Below, in pieces: positions 32,201 to 45,553 of a stretch of DNA of 64,000 nt. The notes beneath the pieces were generated by a model. The model saw only the letters and a list, made by a program, of their open reading frames with translations. It ran no database searches and was not told the DNA's origin. How positions within the stretch are numbered: the first letter of the stretch is position 1; each line of letters opens with the position of its first letter. The translations under genes were made by a program, and so were the position numbers. Origin of the DNA: Cercozoa sp. M6MM (taxonomy: Eukaryota; Protista; Endomyxa: Ascetosporea); assembly GCA_040357565.1 (NCBI GenBank), contig JBDODJ010000004.1, one strand, 5' to 3'.

Positions 32201-32583
32201 GCTGCAGCGCACTCCTGCAGCGCAGCAAAGAACATCAAGCTCGCACAACACAAGACAGCATGGCAGCGCACCTGGCGTCTACCGACGCTCCCGGCACGAA
32301 CTCGGGTGCATCAGCCGACACGAGTTCTTGCTGTACCGTAGCACTCGCATGCAAGACGATTCTGACACAACATCACTTCTTGTGTACATACCTGCCTCGG
32401 CGAGTTGATACTGCTGTTGTCCTCGAGAGGAACGAACACCTCCGCGCTCGCCGACATCGACGGCACGAAGTCTGGCAGCTGCTCAGATCAAGTCAGGGTG
32501 ACAAATTCGTTTGTTTTTTCATTGATCGCGATCGTTCGAAGAGAGGCGCACACCTGGGAGCTGAACACCGAGCGAGGTGGCAT
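29273..32583 (-). CDS. PAN3: PAN2-PAN3 deadenylase subunit PAN3 (PAM2 motifs, pseudokinase, C-terminal knob)
   Basis: AFGDTSLVLVYDFY, ELARSTQNGRLFRLLCKLDFVTHRP, RYLPLQLFRAHLFH, VMLSSVDASRVLVITY. N-terminal PAM2-like motifs SADAPEFVP and SASAEVFVP. Confidence 0.9.
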
Positions 32584-32906
32584 GGCACTTGTCGTTTATA
32601 AATTCTCGCCAAGCGCTCGCTTTAGCAGCACAGATCGACACCCCAAGTAGATAGCACGCGTGTGGTAACGCGTGGGTTGTCGGGGATCCTGCTTGACATC
32701 TTCTGGAGTGCCGGTTACAGCTGTATCGATGTGGTACAATGATGTACTGCCTGATAGACGTTTGTTTCAGTAGAGCGCTTGCTACTTTACAATGACATTC
32801 TAACTCGACAGGCGACACTACTATGGTGCCCAGCAAGCGTGCCGTGTGTGCCGTGCGCCTTTTGCCGGTGGGCTCTGGTGCAGCATGCCCAAAAATGTGC
32901 TGCTAC

Positions 32907-35900
32907 TTATTCTACTTGAAAGAAGTCATCAGCAGATGCTTTGATCATTTTTCCGGGCACGATGCCTTGCTCCGCTGCAACAAACAAACACATTCAACTG
33001 CACAGGCAAAAAATAACTGGAGCTACCTAGGCGCTCGGCAACATCGGGTCGTCTGCTCTCGAGGTAGTTCAGGTAGCCCTCAAAGTTACCCTCGAAAAGC
33101 ACATGATCGTCGGGCTGCACAGCGAGCGAATACAGTGAGACAAAGCTGTTAGGAGTTAGGTACGCTGTGCAACGCCAGAATGTGGGTGCAGCAGTTGTTC
33201 AGGAAGTATCCTATCCGAAAGGCATGAGATAAGTACGAGTAAGAAAGTGGTAAAGTGTACGATCGTGCGAAATGACAATGGCGGTGCCCGGGAATTCCTA
33301 TGGATAAAGATAGAAAGATAGAAAGACGGATGGATAGATAGAAACGGAGAGATAGACAAGCAGATCGTCAGAGACACAAACGCAGCAGTACCACGAGTGC
33401 TTCCTCAAGCGACTTCAGCGTGAACAAATCCAAATCGTTGCTCGGCTCATCCAGCAGGACGACACTCGCACCGCGCGAGAGTGTCTTAGCCTGTCGCAAA
33501 ACGAGTCTTACTTTCGCCCGTTACAAGACACAATGCATGGGAGAGCGAACCAAGTGAACGCGGTTTCGTTCACCACCGGACAGATCGCCGACTCTCTGTG
33601 TGCCCGCCCAAAAGTAAGATAGTGATACGAGATTAAGTTGGGAGTGAGTCAATCCAACTGACCTTGTTCCAATCGCCATTGCGGAAATTGAACTGCTGGC
33701 AGTACTTGTGCACGGCAATTCTAACACACACAGAACACACATATCGAAAACGGGTCAAGGAAAAGAGCAAACAGTTACTGCTGGTCTTCGCCATCTTTGA
33801 TGTAGTCGCGACCATCAGCGACTTCCTCCCACACCTTGGCGTCGTCGTTGAGCGCCGTGTCACGCGCCTGCACCGTGAACGCGAGTGCCATGCCGTCTTC
33901 GTTGCCACGCACTTCGATCTCTCCACTCGCCGGTTGCAGCTGGGCATACATATCGTACGTGCACAAAGTTAGGAAACAAGAAGTATACCTCTCCGGTGAT
34001 AAGGCGGAACAAAGTGGTTTTGCCAGCACCGTTCGGCGCGAAGACACCGATCACGGCATTCGACGGAATCTGCAGCATGTGACATTGAGCAAGTAGAAGT
34101 AAAATGGTATAATGAAAAGGCTTTACCTCAACAGACAGGTTGCGCAGCAGCCAAGTGTTGCTGTTGGCGCGTCCATCGTCCGGCGTTCGGTAACTCACGT
34201 TCTTGATCTGCACAAGGACGGAGATTAACAAGAGGAATCACGAGGAATGATAGTTGGCCCGTACGTTGATGGGCACTGGAGCGCACGCACGCAACTGAGC
34301 AGCTGTCGGAACAGGCAGGTAGATCTGTGGGAACACACAAGACATGACGCACACAGAGTTGAAACGCAGAGAGGGCAATAAATTAATCGTACAGAAGCCT
34401 TGTGCGACATGATAAGTCGCTCCTCCTTGATGATATCGGTGAGAGTCTCGAGTTTCTTTCTATAACATGAGGAAAAGGTATCATGGCGGGGGAGGGGGGG
34501 GAGGAATATTAAAATGGCTTACTCCATCTTCTTGGTCCACCTCGCTTGGTTCTGCTTCTTGAAGCGCACCATTGCTTTTGCTTGCTCGCGGCGTTTCTCC
34601 TGCCTGTGTCAAGCATGGAGGATGATAAAGGGATAAAGGAAGCGAAGCGACATACTCGACAGTCTGCTGGATGCCTCGTTCCTGCTGACGTGACAAGAAC
34701 TGCGTGTAGTTTCCCCTGCAGACCAAGCGGTAAGAAGATAGAGAAGAAGCATGGAAGTGGTGGTACCTGTAAAGCTCGGCTTGTCGCAGATCGACCTCTA
34801 GCATGTAGGTCGCGATGCTGTCCAGGAAGAAGCGGTCGTGCGTCACGCAAAGCACCTGCACATCCGATACAGAAGATGAGTAGTGCCGCCAATAGGGTAC
34901 CAAAAAAACAGTGTACAGTGCCACGATAGCCTGCGATGAAATTTCCGAGCCAGTGGATACTCGAGGCGTCCTTTAAAAGCCAAAGATATGAAGCGAGCAA
35001 CGAACAAAGAGAAGGAAATGCACCAAGTGGTTCGTAGGCTCATCCAGAAGCAGCACGTCCGGTTGTGACACCAGCAAACGCGCCAACTGCAGAAGAGGAT
35101 TAAAGGAAGATAAAGTAAGCAAGGGAACTGGTAAGTCACGGCAATGCGACGTCGTTCGCCACCGCTGAGTGCGTTGATCGACTCGTTTTTTGGAGCACAC
35201 CGCAGGGCCTAACAGGTGACAGCGTGACAAGGACACCAAAACACGGGTACAAGGGGAACCAAAACACCTCGTGTGCCTCGTCGATCAGTTCTTCGACCTC
35301 CCAGGCGTTTTTATCCGTCAAGAACTGCTGGATGTCGGCGTACTGAACACACACACAAGGGTGAAAGTCAAAGTATATACGCACCAGGAAAGCAATGAGA
35401 ATGTAGATTAACCTCTTCCTCGAGTTTTGCAAGTGTTTCCTGCACAAGAAAAGGGTAATCATGAGATGAGGTAACTAACAAGGGATACCTCATCCTCTTC
35501 CATTGCGATCTCGACGGTCAGTTCGTCATATCTTTCGAGTGCCTGAGTGGTACGTCGGCAAAGGCAAATGTAAGCAAAGGCTGAAGATAGAGCAGATAGA
35601 AGAAACTAGATACCTTTAGCTGGTCAGCGACACCATCGGCGATATTCTCGCGCACCGTCTTTGTCGAGTCCAGCTCTGGCTCCCTAACACAAGGAAAATC
35701 ACATCAACAAAGTCGTTCAAAAAAAAAGAGTGAAGAGAGGACGAAAGTACTGCTTCAAGAAGCCAAAGGACAGGCCACGCGCGGAGTCTCGGTCGCCATC
35801 AAACTCCAAATCGAGACCAGCTATGTATCAGAGTGTCAACAGAAATCAACAAACTTCTCAGGGAACTAAGATAATAGCACCCAAGATGCGCAGCAGCGTG

Positions 35901-36310
35901 GTCTTGCCAGCACCGTTCCGACCGAGCACACCGATCTTGGCACCTGCAGTACGGTCAACGTGTCTCAAGAAGCGGGAAAGGGAGGAAGCTAAGCAGCGTA
36001 CCCTCAGGGATGCTCAGTGTAACATCCTGCAGAATGTTGCCGCGCGAATCATTGTCGAACGCCTTGGTTACCCTGCAGAAATAACCTAAGAACTGCCATG
36101 AAGAATGACATGATGAAATACCCCTTCAATTCAATCGCCAACGAATCCGCACGGAAACTGTGCCCATGCTGTCAAAACAATGTAAAGAGTCATGATGGAA
36201 GCTACGCGAAATTTTGGTACCTGCGCGGCGCGCGAAGCGATCGCACCGAGTGCGGGCCGCGCAGCATTGCGGGCACCGGCGACTCTACGTAGCAAAAAGC
36301 GCGCGCGCAT
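32907..36310 (-). CDS. ettA: ABC-F ATPase, EttA/YjjK-like, with Arg/Ala-rich N-terminal presequence
   Basis: GAKIGVLGRNGAGKTTLLRILAGLD, QEPELD..TVRENI, LSGGERRRVAL..LLLDEPTNHLD, FNFRNGDWNK..VGDLSGGERNRVHLAK..LDEPSNDLD. No transmembrane segments. Confidence 0.85.
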
Positions 36311-36463
36311 GTTAAATAATAGCTGTTCGTGCAAGTCTCTTCCACTAATAGCACAAGAAAGCTGTCGCTCAATTATTACGTTTTTTTAAACAATGATCAT
36401 CTCGTGATCAACGGTCCATGGCACAGCGTTGGTCAATAAATTCTTTCGTTAGAGCCGTTTTCG

Positions 36464-39074
36464 TTAGTGAAACACGCGGTAGTTCTCGGGCACGATAAAG
36501 TCACTCAAACGCATCCACTGCTCCGACAAAATGTCCGGGTCGCTGCGCAAAAACAAACGACGGTGGTAGGGTATTAAGTACGGTAGTCTAGAGGAGTGAG
36601 ACTACCCCTCGCGCTTTATGACACGCGGCACATGCGAAAACTGAAGTGCGGCAGGGAGTTCCACAACTTGCAGGCCATTCTGAGGCAACAAATGAGATTG
36701 CAAAAGCAAAGAGACCGAGTTAAAGAGGCAAAAGTAAATACCTTTCGCCGTGTGTGCAGCACACTGTGCTGAGTTAGCTGAGTCACCACTTGCTGCACCT
36801 GATTCTCGGGCAGCGCCTGCACTGATCACAAGTTGAACAGAAAGACAAAGTTGTCCCCAAGTTTACCTGCAGTGTGGTGTGCTTCGACACGTACTTCATG
36901 AAGGTGGTCAGCTACACAGGCAAAAAATGGGATGAGTATAACCGAGGGACCAACGGGGTAACAGGGCGGTAATACGTTGCGCAGCGTGGTGCCACGTTTG
37001 CGCTGCTGTTGTCGCAACAGCATGCACAGCACAAAGAACACGCGCCGCTCGGCCGTCGTCGCCTTGCGCAGATGTGCCTGTGCGCAAGAGGTGTGGAGTA
37101 AAACAAGGGGCGATGAAGGATTGCAGATACCTGGAAGGCAGGCGTGCGCTCTTTCTCGATGACTTGTCGCATACAGGAAGCACTGACCTGGGTGTCACCT
37201 GCTTCGTCTGCGTACACAGGTGGACGGGTGAAAGGAGGCAATGAGAGAGTAATAACAGCGTAGAGTAGTACGGGCAGCGTGCAGTGCCGATCGGCACAGT
37301 GCGAACAGTTTGCGCACGTCGGTGCTCTGCTTTACCACGGTGCGGCATGCCAGCACTAGGGCACGCCGGTCGAAGAAGCGGTCCAGTGCCTCTCTGTACA
37401 CACACGGCCCATGTTACCCAACACACAAGTACACACACTAGAGACACATACGGCTGGCCAAAGACGTCGGCGAAGCGGTTCTGCGTGATTTCCAGCAAGT
37501 GTCGTGGCATGTACGGCATGAAGGCCAGCGACTGCGTGCGCAACTCGGCCGCGTCAAAGGCACTCACGTACCTGCACACCGCACAGGAGGTGACAAGGGA
37601 CACCCAGGTTGGGGGAGGGTAAAAAGACTACCGATCGAGCAGGTCGAGTGTGTTGGCGATGGCTACAAGAGCGAGTCGCGAATGTACCGTGTGCGACAAC
37701 ATGTCACGCAGCGCGTCCTTCTGCGCCAGGCCGTCCACTGTGCAAGAGGTACTACAGGGGCAACAAACGGCAACACAAAGAGAGGTTACCTTCGTCCAAA
37801 AGTAAAATAATCATCGGCTGGTCACGTCTCCTCTTGCCTGTATCGACAGGTGTCAAGGGTAGAAGGAATGGAGGAGGGAGAAGTACCCTTGCCCGTGGTT
37901 AGAGCAGCGACACGTCGGAGTTTCTCCTCGGCGCCAGTTACCGATACCTAGGATTCAACAGGGTAAGCGAAAGCGAATTAACGGGAGGGGGGGGGGGAAG
38001 CAGGCACCTTCGCATGACCCAACTCTTGTAGAATCGACTGTGCCAATCGTGCGCCTGACGAAAATCTACAGATTTCTTAGATTACAGCAAGACGGCAAGG
38101 GAAAAGAAATCAAGAAAGAGGGTACTCCATGGCATTGCGTCGCACAACGACAGGTCGGAGCGACCACTCGCGCTGCTCGAGTTCGCGCAGGGCGCCGTTC
38201 AAAGCGGCAGTTTTACCGGCGCCGGGCTTGCCAGCAACATAGAGCACCTCGCCGCTTCGCTCTTCCACCACACGTCTCAGAAAAGCCATGATCTGAAGGG
38301 CCAAGGTAATGAGGTAAGAGGTATGAATAGGGGGTACGAATGGGTACGAATAGGCTGGGGCAAGGGGTACCTGCTGACATTCGTCCTGCCGACACGGCAG
38401 CGGCCACGGCGCCTCGCGGATGTCGAAACTGTTTAGTGCCTTGGGGAGAGGATAAAGGGTAAATGGTGAAAGGGGTAAAGAGGTAAAGAGGTAAAGGTAC
38501 CCGTTGCATGTCATCGAGCTCTGGAGGCGACTCCGGCGGCTGCTCGAACTCGTCGTCACTGGGTGCGACGGTCGGCACTTCGCTCACGTCAGGCGACGAC
38601 ATTGTTGTGCGCCTGACCACGTGATCACACACAGTTTGATTGGAGCTTTTCTCCACTGAGGTCCGACTGATACACATTGTGTACCTCCGCTTGCCACTGG
38701 CAGCAGTGATCGCACGCGACAGGCGCCACTCCGCAACACCACATCCCCCCAGCACTGGGATAAAGATTAAGAGGGTAAGAATGCAAGGGTGAAATTGATA
38801 CAAGGACACAGGGAACAAAGACACCTTTCTTTCGACGAGCGTCGTCGTCCTTTAGTGCAGCGAGGTCTTCACCTAACCACAACAGTGTTTACTGATTCAA
38901 TCGAAACATTGAAGGTACATGTGTGCACGCCGCAACTATTTAGTCGTTCGACCGTCTTCTTTCCAATTCCGGGTAGGTCAGTTAACCTGGAAGAGTACTG
39001 CGTATGTTTCTCTAACCGTCAGAAATACACGCTGCGACATACAATTGTGCGGCACTTTTTCGACGCCGTGACAT
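36464..39074 (-). CDS. CDC6: CDC6/ORC1-family AAA+ replication initiator (CDC6-like) with N-terminal HhH domain
   Basis: LPCRQDE, LYVAGKPGAGKT (Walker A), ILLLDEVDGL (Walker B), LVAIANTLDLLDR, LAFMPY, DVRKLFALCRSA. Confidence 0.85.
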
Positions 39075-39296
39075 AATAACTAGAGGTCTCACTGCGTGCA
39101 CGTGTGGTGATCAGCCAGATTCACGGCGTTTGAGTGGCTCTACGCGGAAATGCACAGCATTACTGTACCAAATTCTGTCTTTTAGTTTTTGCCATGGTAC
39201 GAACCTCCTGTGCCGGACAGGTGTACTGTAGCCATGGCACCACGAGGTATTACAGCAGACCAGCAGTGTGTGCAGACGGACCTACAGTACATAAGA

Positions 39297-40215
39297 ATGT
39301 CAGACTGGGGCGACGACGGTAAAATCTGCTTTCTCTGCGTTTTCCAGCTTCATTCTCAGTCGTCGTGGGGCTGTTCTAGCAGCTAAAGATGAATTTCAAT
39401 GTCAAAACTGCTTTGATCAAGTTTTTAATGCTCTGTTTTGTGCTCGTTGTAGCAATTTGATTGTCTTGAATGCGTCCTTATAAATTGTTCAGGCGGAAAC
39501 GAAGGATGGGGTGATGAGAACGCTGGTGGCGACGAAAACTGGTGTGGTGCTTTTTAGTTTGTGTTGCTGCCCCAACGATGGATAGGTGTATTTGACAGGG
39601 GCAACGAGGGAGCTGGCGATGACTGGTAGACACGGCATAGGAAGGCGGTAGTGACGACTATCTATGCCGGATGCTTTATGTAGGGAGAATGCCGGCGAGG
39701 TCGGCTGGGAAGAAGGCGGCGGTGAGTGGGACGAGCAAGCACAGTCTGAGAAACCAATGGAGCAGGAGGTACTGTGTGTTTCCTATACTCTGCTACCTGT
39801 GTCTACATCGTCATGCTTGCATTAGGCATCACCGCGTATTCAGATCGATAACTTGTTTTACGAGGTACGTGTGACTGATCCCAGTGATTGATATCGTTGA
39901 AACAGTCGGCCGATCTCTGACTCTGTGTGTAGGGCAGCGACTTGGCGCGTGACGAACCAGAAGCCGCGTTGGAGCGTTTGCTCGAGTGCGTGCGCCTTGA
40001 GGTAGCTTCTGAGTCAGCTGACTCTCTTCTGCCCCTTTTACCCCCCCCCCCCCCCCCGTAGGAAGAACACCTGGGCAACGAGATTCTGATGAGATTCGAT
40101 GCGCTTGAGCGCATCGTCGTGCTGTACCTGCGGCTGCGCCGGTTGCCGCTCATGCGCGAGGCGCTGCAGAAACTCCTGTCGCTGGCCGAGCGCGTTACGC
40201 CCAACTCGCGCAACA

Positions 40216-40257
<42 letters not shown>

Positions 40258-40357
40258 NNNNNNNNNNNNNNNNNNNNNNNNNNNNNNNNNNNNNNNNNNN
40301 NNNNNNNNNNNNNNNNNNNNNNNNNNNNNNNNNNNNNNNNNNNNNNNNNNNNNNNNN

Positions 40358-40403
<46 letters not shown>

Positions 40404-42571
40404 CACTTCACATGGACCCTATCTCCTATCTGTGTGCCCTATTAGGCTATCTCGACGGTGCTGGACACGCTGCAGGAACCGCAGTACCGAGACGACGCTG
40501 AGTTGCTGCAGGACACCTACAAGCTTGTCCTGGACCGACTGGAAACTGTACCTTTAACGTGTGCCTGTCTACACAGGTATGGCGTGTGTATGCGTATGTG
40601 TACGTGTGTGGGATAGATGGAGGGACAGGAACGCGCGTGGTTTGCGACGGCGACCAAGCTGGCCAAGACGTACTACGCGCGTGGCAACGCTCAGTCCTGC
40701 GAGCAATGGGTTTGCTCCCTGACGCCACTATTCATGTACACCGTTTACCCCCTTTCTCGTGCAGGCAGAGAAGTTGCACGCAGCGTGTCGCAAGGCCGAC
40801 GGCAGCGATGACCCTGCGCAGGCGCAGCAGCTGCTGGAGGTTCGATTTGCGGTTATCCGCGTGGACGTATCGTGTCAGAACTGGCTCTGTGTTGTGATTA
40901 GGTGTACGCCCTCAAGCTCCAGTTGCTGACCGATCGAATTGAGTCCCGTGCTGATGGTAGTTTCCAGGACCCGCTTACCTCTTCCATTTTGCCTCCTCTG
41001 ACATTGTGTCGCACAGATATGCGCGACGAAGCCAAGGAGGACGAGGACGAGGACTTCGACGCCAAGCTACGCGAGGTACTTTACCCCCCCCCCCCCCCTG
41101 CCCCTTAGCCCCTAGCCACTGGTTCTTGCGTGTGTAGCTGTTCCAACGCACGCGCGATCTTTCGCGTCAGGTGAGTGTTGTTTTTGACTGTGTCCACGTG
41201 GAGGCTAATTTCGTGTGTGCAGGTCTCAGTGACGGACCCGCGCAACATGTCGATCATCAACGAGTGCTGGTGCGTGCTTGCTTGTTCTGCTCTTTACCCC
41301 ATGCCCCCATACCCCATATCCCATACCCCATACCCCATACCCATTTAACCCTCGACCCGCAGGGGCAAAGCATACGCGCAGCAGGCCGACTGGCGACAGG
41401 CGTTTGTGCACTTCTGGGAGGCCTTCCTGCAGTACCAGCAGGTTGGTGGCTCGCGCACCAAGGTAGTGCCCCCCCCCCCCCCCGCGCCCATCCTGTTGTT
41501 CTCTTTCACGTCTTGATCTTGACTGTGAGCAGGCGGTGCTGCAGTACGTGGTGCTGGCCAACATGGCGGCCGGACAGGACACGAACCCGCTGGATGCACG
41601 TGAGGCCAAGGCCTATGCTAATGACCCGCATGTGCAGGTACTCCGTCTCTTTCCTTTGAGTGCTCTGTACCTCGAAACCGTCCCCCCCAGGCCATGGCGC
41701 AGCTGCGTCGTGCCTACGACGAACGCAACGTGCGACAGCTCCAGCGCGTGCTTAGGAAGCATCGGTACCGCCCTTTTTGTTTCTTGTTGCCCCTGTTGCC
41801 CCCACCTACCTTTATGTATACCCACTTACTTGTTTCCCCCACCTGCTCTTGTGTCTCGGCACAGCGCGCACTTCGACAGCGAGCCCTTCATGCGGCGGCA
41901 CTTGTCGACTCTCCTGTGGTAGCTCTTTTTATCCCTTCCATCCCTTTACTCTCGTCACCTCTCGCTCCGTGTAGGCGTATTCGCTCGCAGGCGTTGGCAG
42001 GTTTGGTGGCGTCGTACACGCGCGTGCGTCTGCAGTACCTGGCTGATGTACCGCATTCGCACAGTGTCTGTCTTTGTGTTTATGTGTCTGGGTGTAGTAC
42101 CTCAACACTCGCAAGGCCGAGGTGCACGAGATGCTCGTGCAACTCATCCTTGATGGCGAGGTACGCTCTCGTGTGTTTGGGTGTTTGTGGGAAGGGCTAT
42201 GAGGGAGCTGTCTATCTCATTGGGACGACCCGCAGGTGCGAGGCCGCATCGACGAGATCGAAGACATCCTGCTGCTGGGCGAGCAAGAGAGCGACGCGCG
42301 CAGCTACCGCGGCCTCGAGGCTTGGGCACAGCAGCTCGATTATATTACGCTCACGCTCGCTGTACCCTTGCCTAATACCTCATGTATTGCCCTTGGTGCC
42401 TCATGTCATGTGCAAGCAGAAGAGAACGCTCCTGGATATGGCTACCACTAGCGGCAGACGCGACCCTGTGCACAGTACACCTGATCCAATACCTCCCACC
42501 GCTCGTACCTCCGTGTGCACGCAGGCTCCATGGACACTGGTCACATTGCCGGTGACGCCAACTACTACTGA
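39297..42571 (+). CDS. COPS2: COP9 signalosome subunit 2 (PCI domain), about 20 exons; last exons uncertain
   Basis: IDNLFYE, ERAWFATATKLAK, LHAACRKADGSDD..QLLEVYAL, IINECWGK, FWEAF..Y, LQYVVLANM..NPLDAREAKAYANDP, IRSQAL...YTRVRL, LILDGEVRGRIDE. Confidence 0.9.
40218..40401. repeat. (GT)n microsatellite with gap, CSN2 intron
   Basis: Direct inspection. Confidence 0.95.
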
Positions 42572-42741
42572 TCCGTGTGTATCGTATACGCATACGGCCG
42601 GGAATAATCGAATACCACGGCCTACCACAAAAAGGCACTGGCGTGCGGTAGCTTAGTTCCGTTCGTCAAAGGTTACACGAGGGCTGTCGTGTTGCCCAGA
42701 AAACTGCAAGGTTGGTTTAGGAGTAGACTGACGCAAGCCAA

Positions 42742-44290
42742 CTATTCAGGACGGCCGCGCTTTAGCTGCGCGCGTCCGCGGAAGTGCTGCGCTGTCGACA
42801 GTGCGGCCGCGGCATGCGACAGGAAGGGCGTGTCGGTGACATGTCTGCCTCCCACAGTGGCACCGAGCCACAACATCCGCGCTGGCGTCGGCGTGAGTCC
42901 TCGGATCTAAATTTTCATGCACAACAACAGAAAATCCATGTGAGTACAGCCGCCACTGACGAGAATAGACAAGCAGATAGAAACCACGAGGTCGCAGGTA
43001 GCCAGTTCTTGGGCACTGAGAGGTGTCACCAGGCCCAGTATGCCTTTCGTCACATCGATGGCCCGTACGAGTGCCAGGCCGAGACATCGGTGTCGCGGTG
43101 TTCCTGAACACAATGGAGTTAGACCAGTAGGAAGACAGGTCTGGTGGGTACCATCACACACACGCAAGCCATGCTCCTCGTAGGAGTGCGCACACTCGCT
43201 ATCATCATTTCCGGATACACGGGCAGCCAGAGCGACCACACAAGCTGTGATGGCGTGCAATGCGTGGCCCCTTTCAGGCGCACCAAACGCGAAGCACAGC
43301 GACGTCGCAGCAAAGGGCAGAAGGCGAACCGGCGCATGTCGCAACACGCGGGCCGCCGCTGCGCTGTTCAGCGAGGCCGTGCTCAAATTGGTCAGGTATG
43401 CAAGCAACGAGTTGTGCCGCCGATCCACTCGCGAGTCCTATCCACATTAAAATCAACAAACCGAAAGAGAAGCTCTCGGGATACCTTGGAGTAAATTTGC
43501 GTTTGTCTTGGAACAGACATGTGCATGCACTCGGCAGGCAACTAAAAAGGTACAAACTTAAAACAGAGATAAAGGGAGTCGCAGACATAAGTAAAGCCAC
43601 CTCATTGGACTGAAAGATTCGCGTCTTGTCGCTCATGTCGGTGAGTTCGACGACGTGCCCGACTGAGAAAAGACGCAGCACATCGCCCAGCACTTGCTTA
43701 CCAAATCCTTGCACCCAGCCGTGCGTGTTGACAATCACTAAGGGCGATATAAGTACAGTGGGGGGGTGCTACAGACAGTAATACAGGAGTACCGGGGAGT
43801 GTGTAGCCATCAGCACTGTCGTTGCGACGCAGTACTCGCTGTCGCTCGGCGGCAAACTCGTGCAGCGCAGCACTTAACTCGCGCAGGCAGCTGCGAAATC
43901 GCATGGGCGCGTCAGCGGGAGTATTTGTGCCCACATAAACGGCACTACAGACATAGGCACGGTATTAACAGGTTGGAGGGTAAGCGGGAATGGTTGCGTA
44001 CTGCAGGGGCGTCGTCGTCGACCTGCCGCCAAACAAAGGCTTCTGCACCAACGTAAGAGCCAGTACTCCTTCTGCACCAAACTGCGGTTGGCCTGCATCC
44101 TGTATGGGGATACTAAAGTAACAGGAAGAAAACGGGGATTAGAAAGACAACAGGTAAAAGCGGGTACCGTTTCGACCCACAGTACTGCCTTGTGTCGGTT
44201 TAAAAGTCCGTTGCAAAGAAAGCGTGCCAGTGTAGACTTGCCACTGTTGCGTGGGCCAACCACTGCGACACTCTGCACATGTGTGTGTGT

Positions 44291-44338
<48 letters not shown>

Positions 44339-44348
44339 NNNNNNNNNN

Positions 44349-44396
<48 letters not shown>

Positions 44397-45336
44397 CGGA
44401 TGTTGAAACGACGTTTCTATATCGGGACAGAGCAACATACGTGGAAGCGGGATTTCGCCGTTTTTCGGGCATCAGCTGACTTTTTCTCGACTGCAGATTC
44501 CACTTTTTCGAGTGCCTGACGACAGAGTAAGAAAACATGGTATTAAGGATGACAGGGCCAGAGTGAAGTCACCGTCATCCACGAATCGTCAATTTGGAGT
44601 GGCCGAAACGTCGGGTCTTGTGCCTGTTTTCACGTAGATATCTATATTAGTCTTTGCATGTACAAATTACACATTTACCTCCAGTCCAAGCAGTGGGTGG
44701 AAGCCACACACACCGCGAAAAGTGTGCGACTCCTCGCGCGACGTGCCGCGCTTCCCACACGCGCGCACACGAACGTGAACACGAGCGGCTTTCTATCGTC
44801 AACAGGGGGATGAACACAAAGAACGTGACGGGTGGTAGCAGGAAAAGATAGATATAAGTAGGAATACAGGTGACGTTGTCGGCTCCTCAAGAGCACTGGC
44901 ACGCAGCTGCAGCAGTGCACGCGGGTCACGCGAACTGCAGTGCATAGACACCGGGGCAGAGCCACTGGGCAGCACTGCTCCAAGGCACCGCACGCTGCCA
45001 CCTTGAACAACCTGCACACTGACGTCGCCTGCAAAAGTCAGTGTGTCACCGTCGCGCATCTTGAGTACCACGCCGCCTTCCTGAGCGAAGAAAACGTGAC
45101 ACATTTTCGGAACATCTATCTGGGGGAAAGGGCACCTCCTGAGCGACCGAGTCCTCCGTCGCTTCAAACGAGGAGCACAAAGGCGCACGCTCAGGCGGTG
45201 CTAGCGGTCCACAGCCACTGAAGGAGGAGGAAACACTCGGCTGCTGCGACAGCGAGCCCACCGGCGACTCGCTCCCAGAAGTATCCGAGTCGCTGGAATC
45301 ACTGTCCGACAGGACGAATGCGCTAACCGACGCCAT
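42742..45336 (-). CDS. NOL9: Polynucleotide 5'-hydroxyl kinase NOL9/Grc3 (Clp1 family)
   Basis: VAVVGPRNSGKSTLARFLCNGLL, ETDAGQPQFG, IVNTHGWVQGFG, RCLGLALVRAID. Confidence 0.88.
44279..44394. repeat. (GT)n microsatellite with short gap, NOL9 intron
   Basis: Direct inspection. Confidence 0.95.
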
Positions 45337-45553
45337 CAAGACGACTAAAACAACACACACACGCACCTGCGCCCCCGCGCTTGTTATTTTAGTCAGGTAA
45401 AATTCCGTCTTGACATTTAAACAATTGATATCAATTACTTGGGATCCGTCATTTAAACAATTCAGAAAGCAACGGATTTTAGTTAGTTTCTTGGGTTAAT
45501 TTTCTGCCTCTACAACCTCCTCGGGCCAGTGGACCATTGAGCACTTGTCGCCG

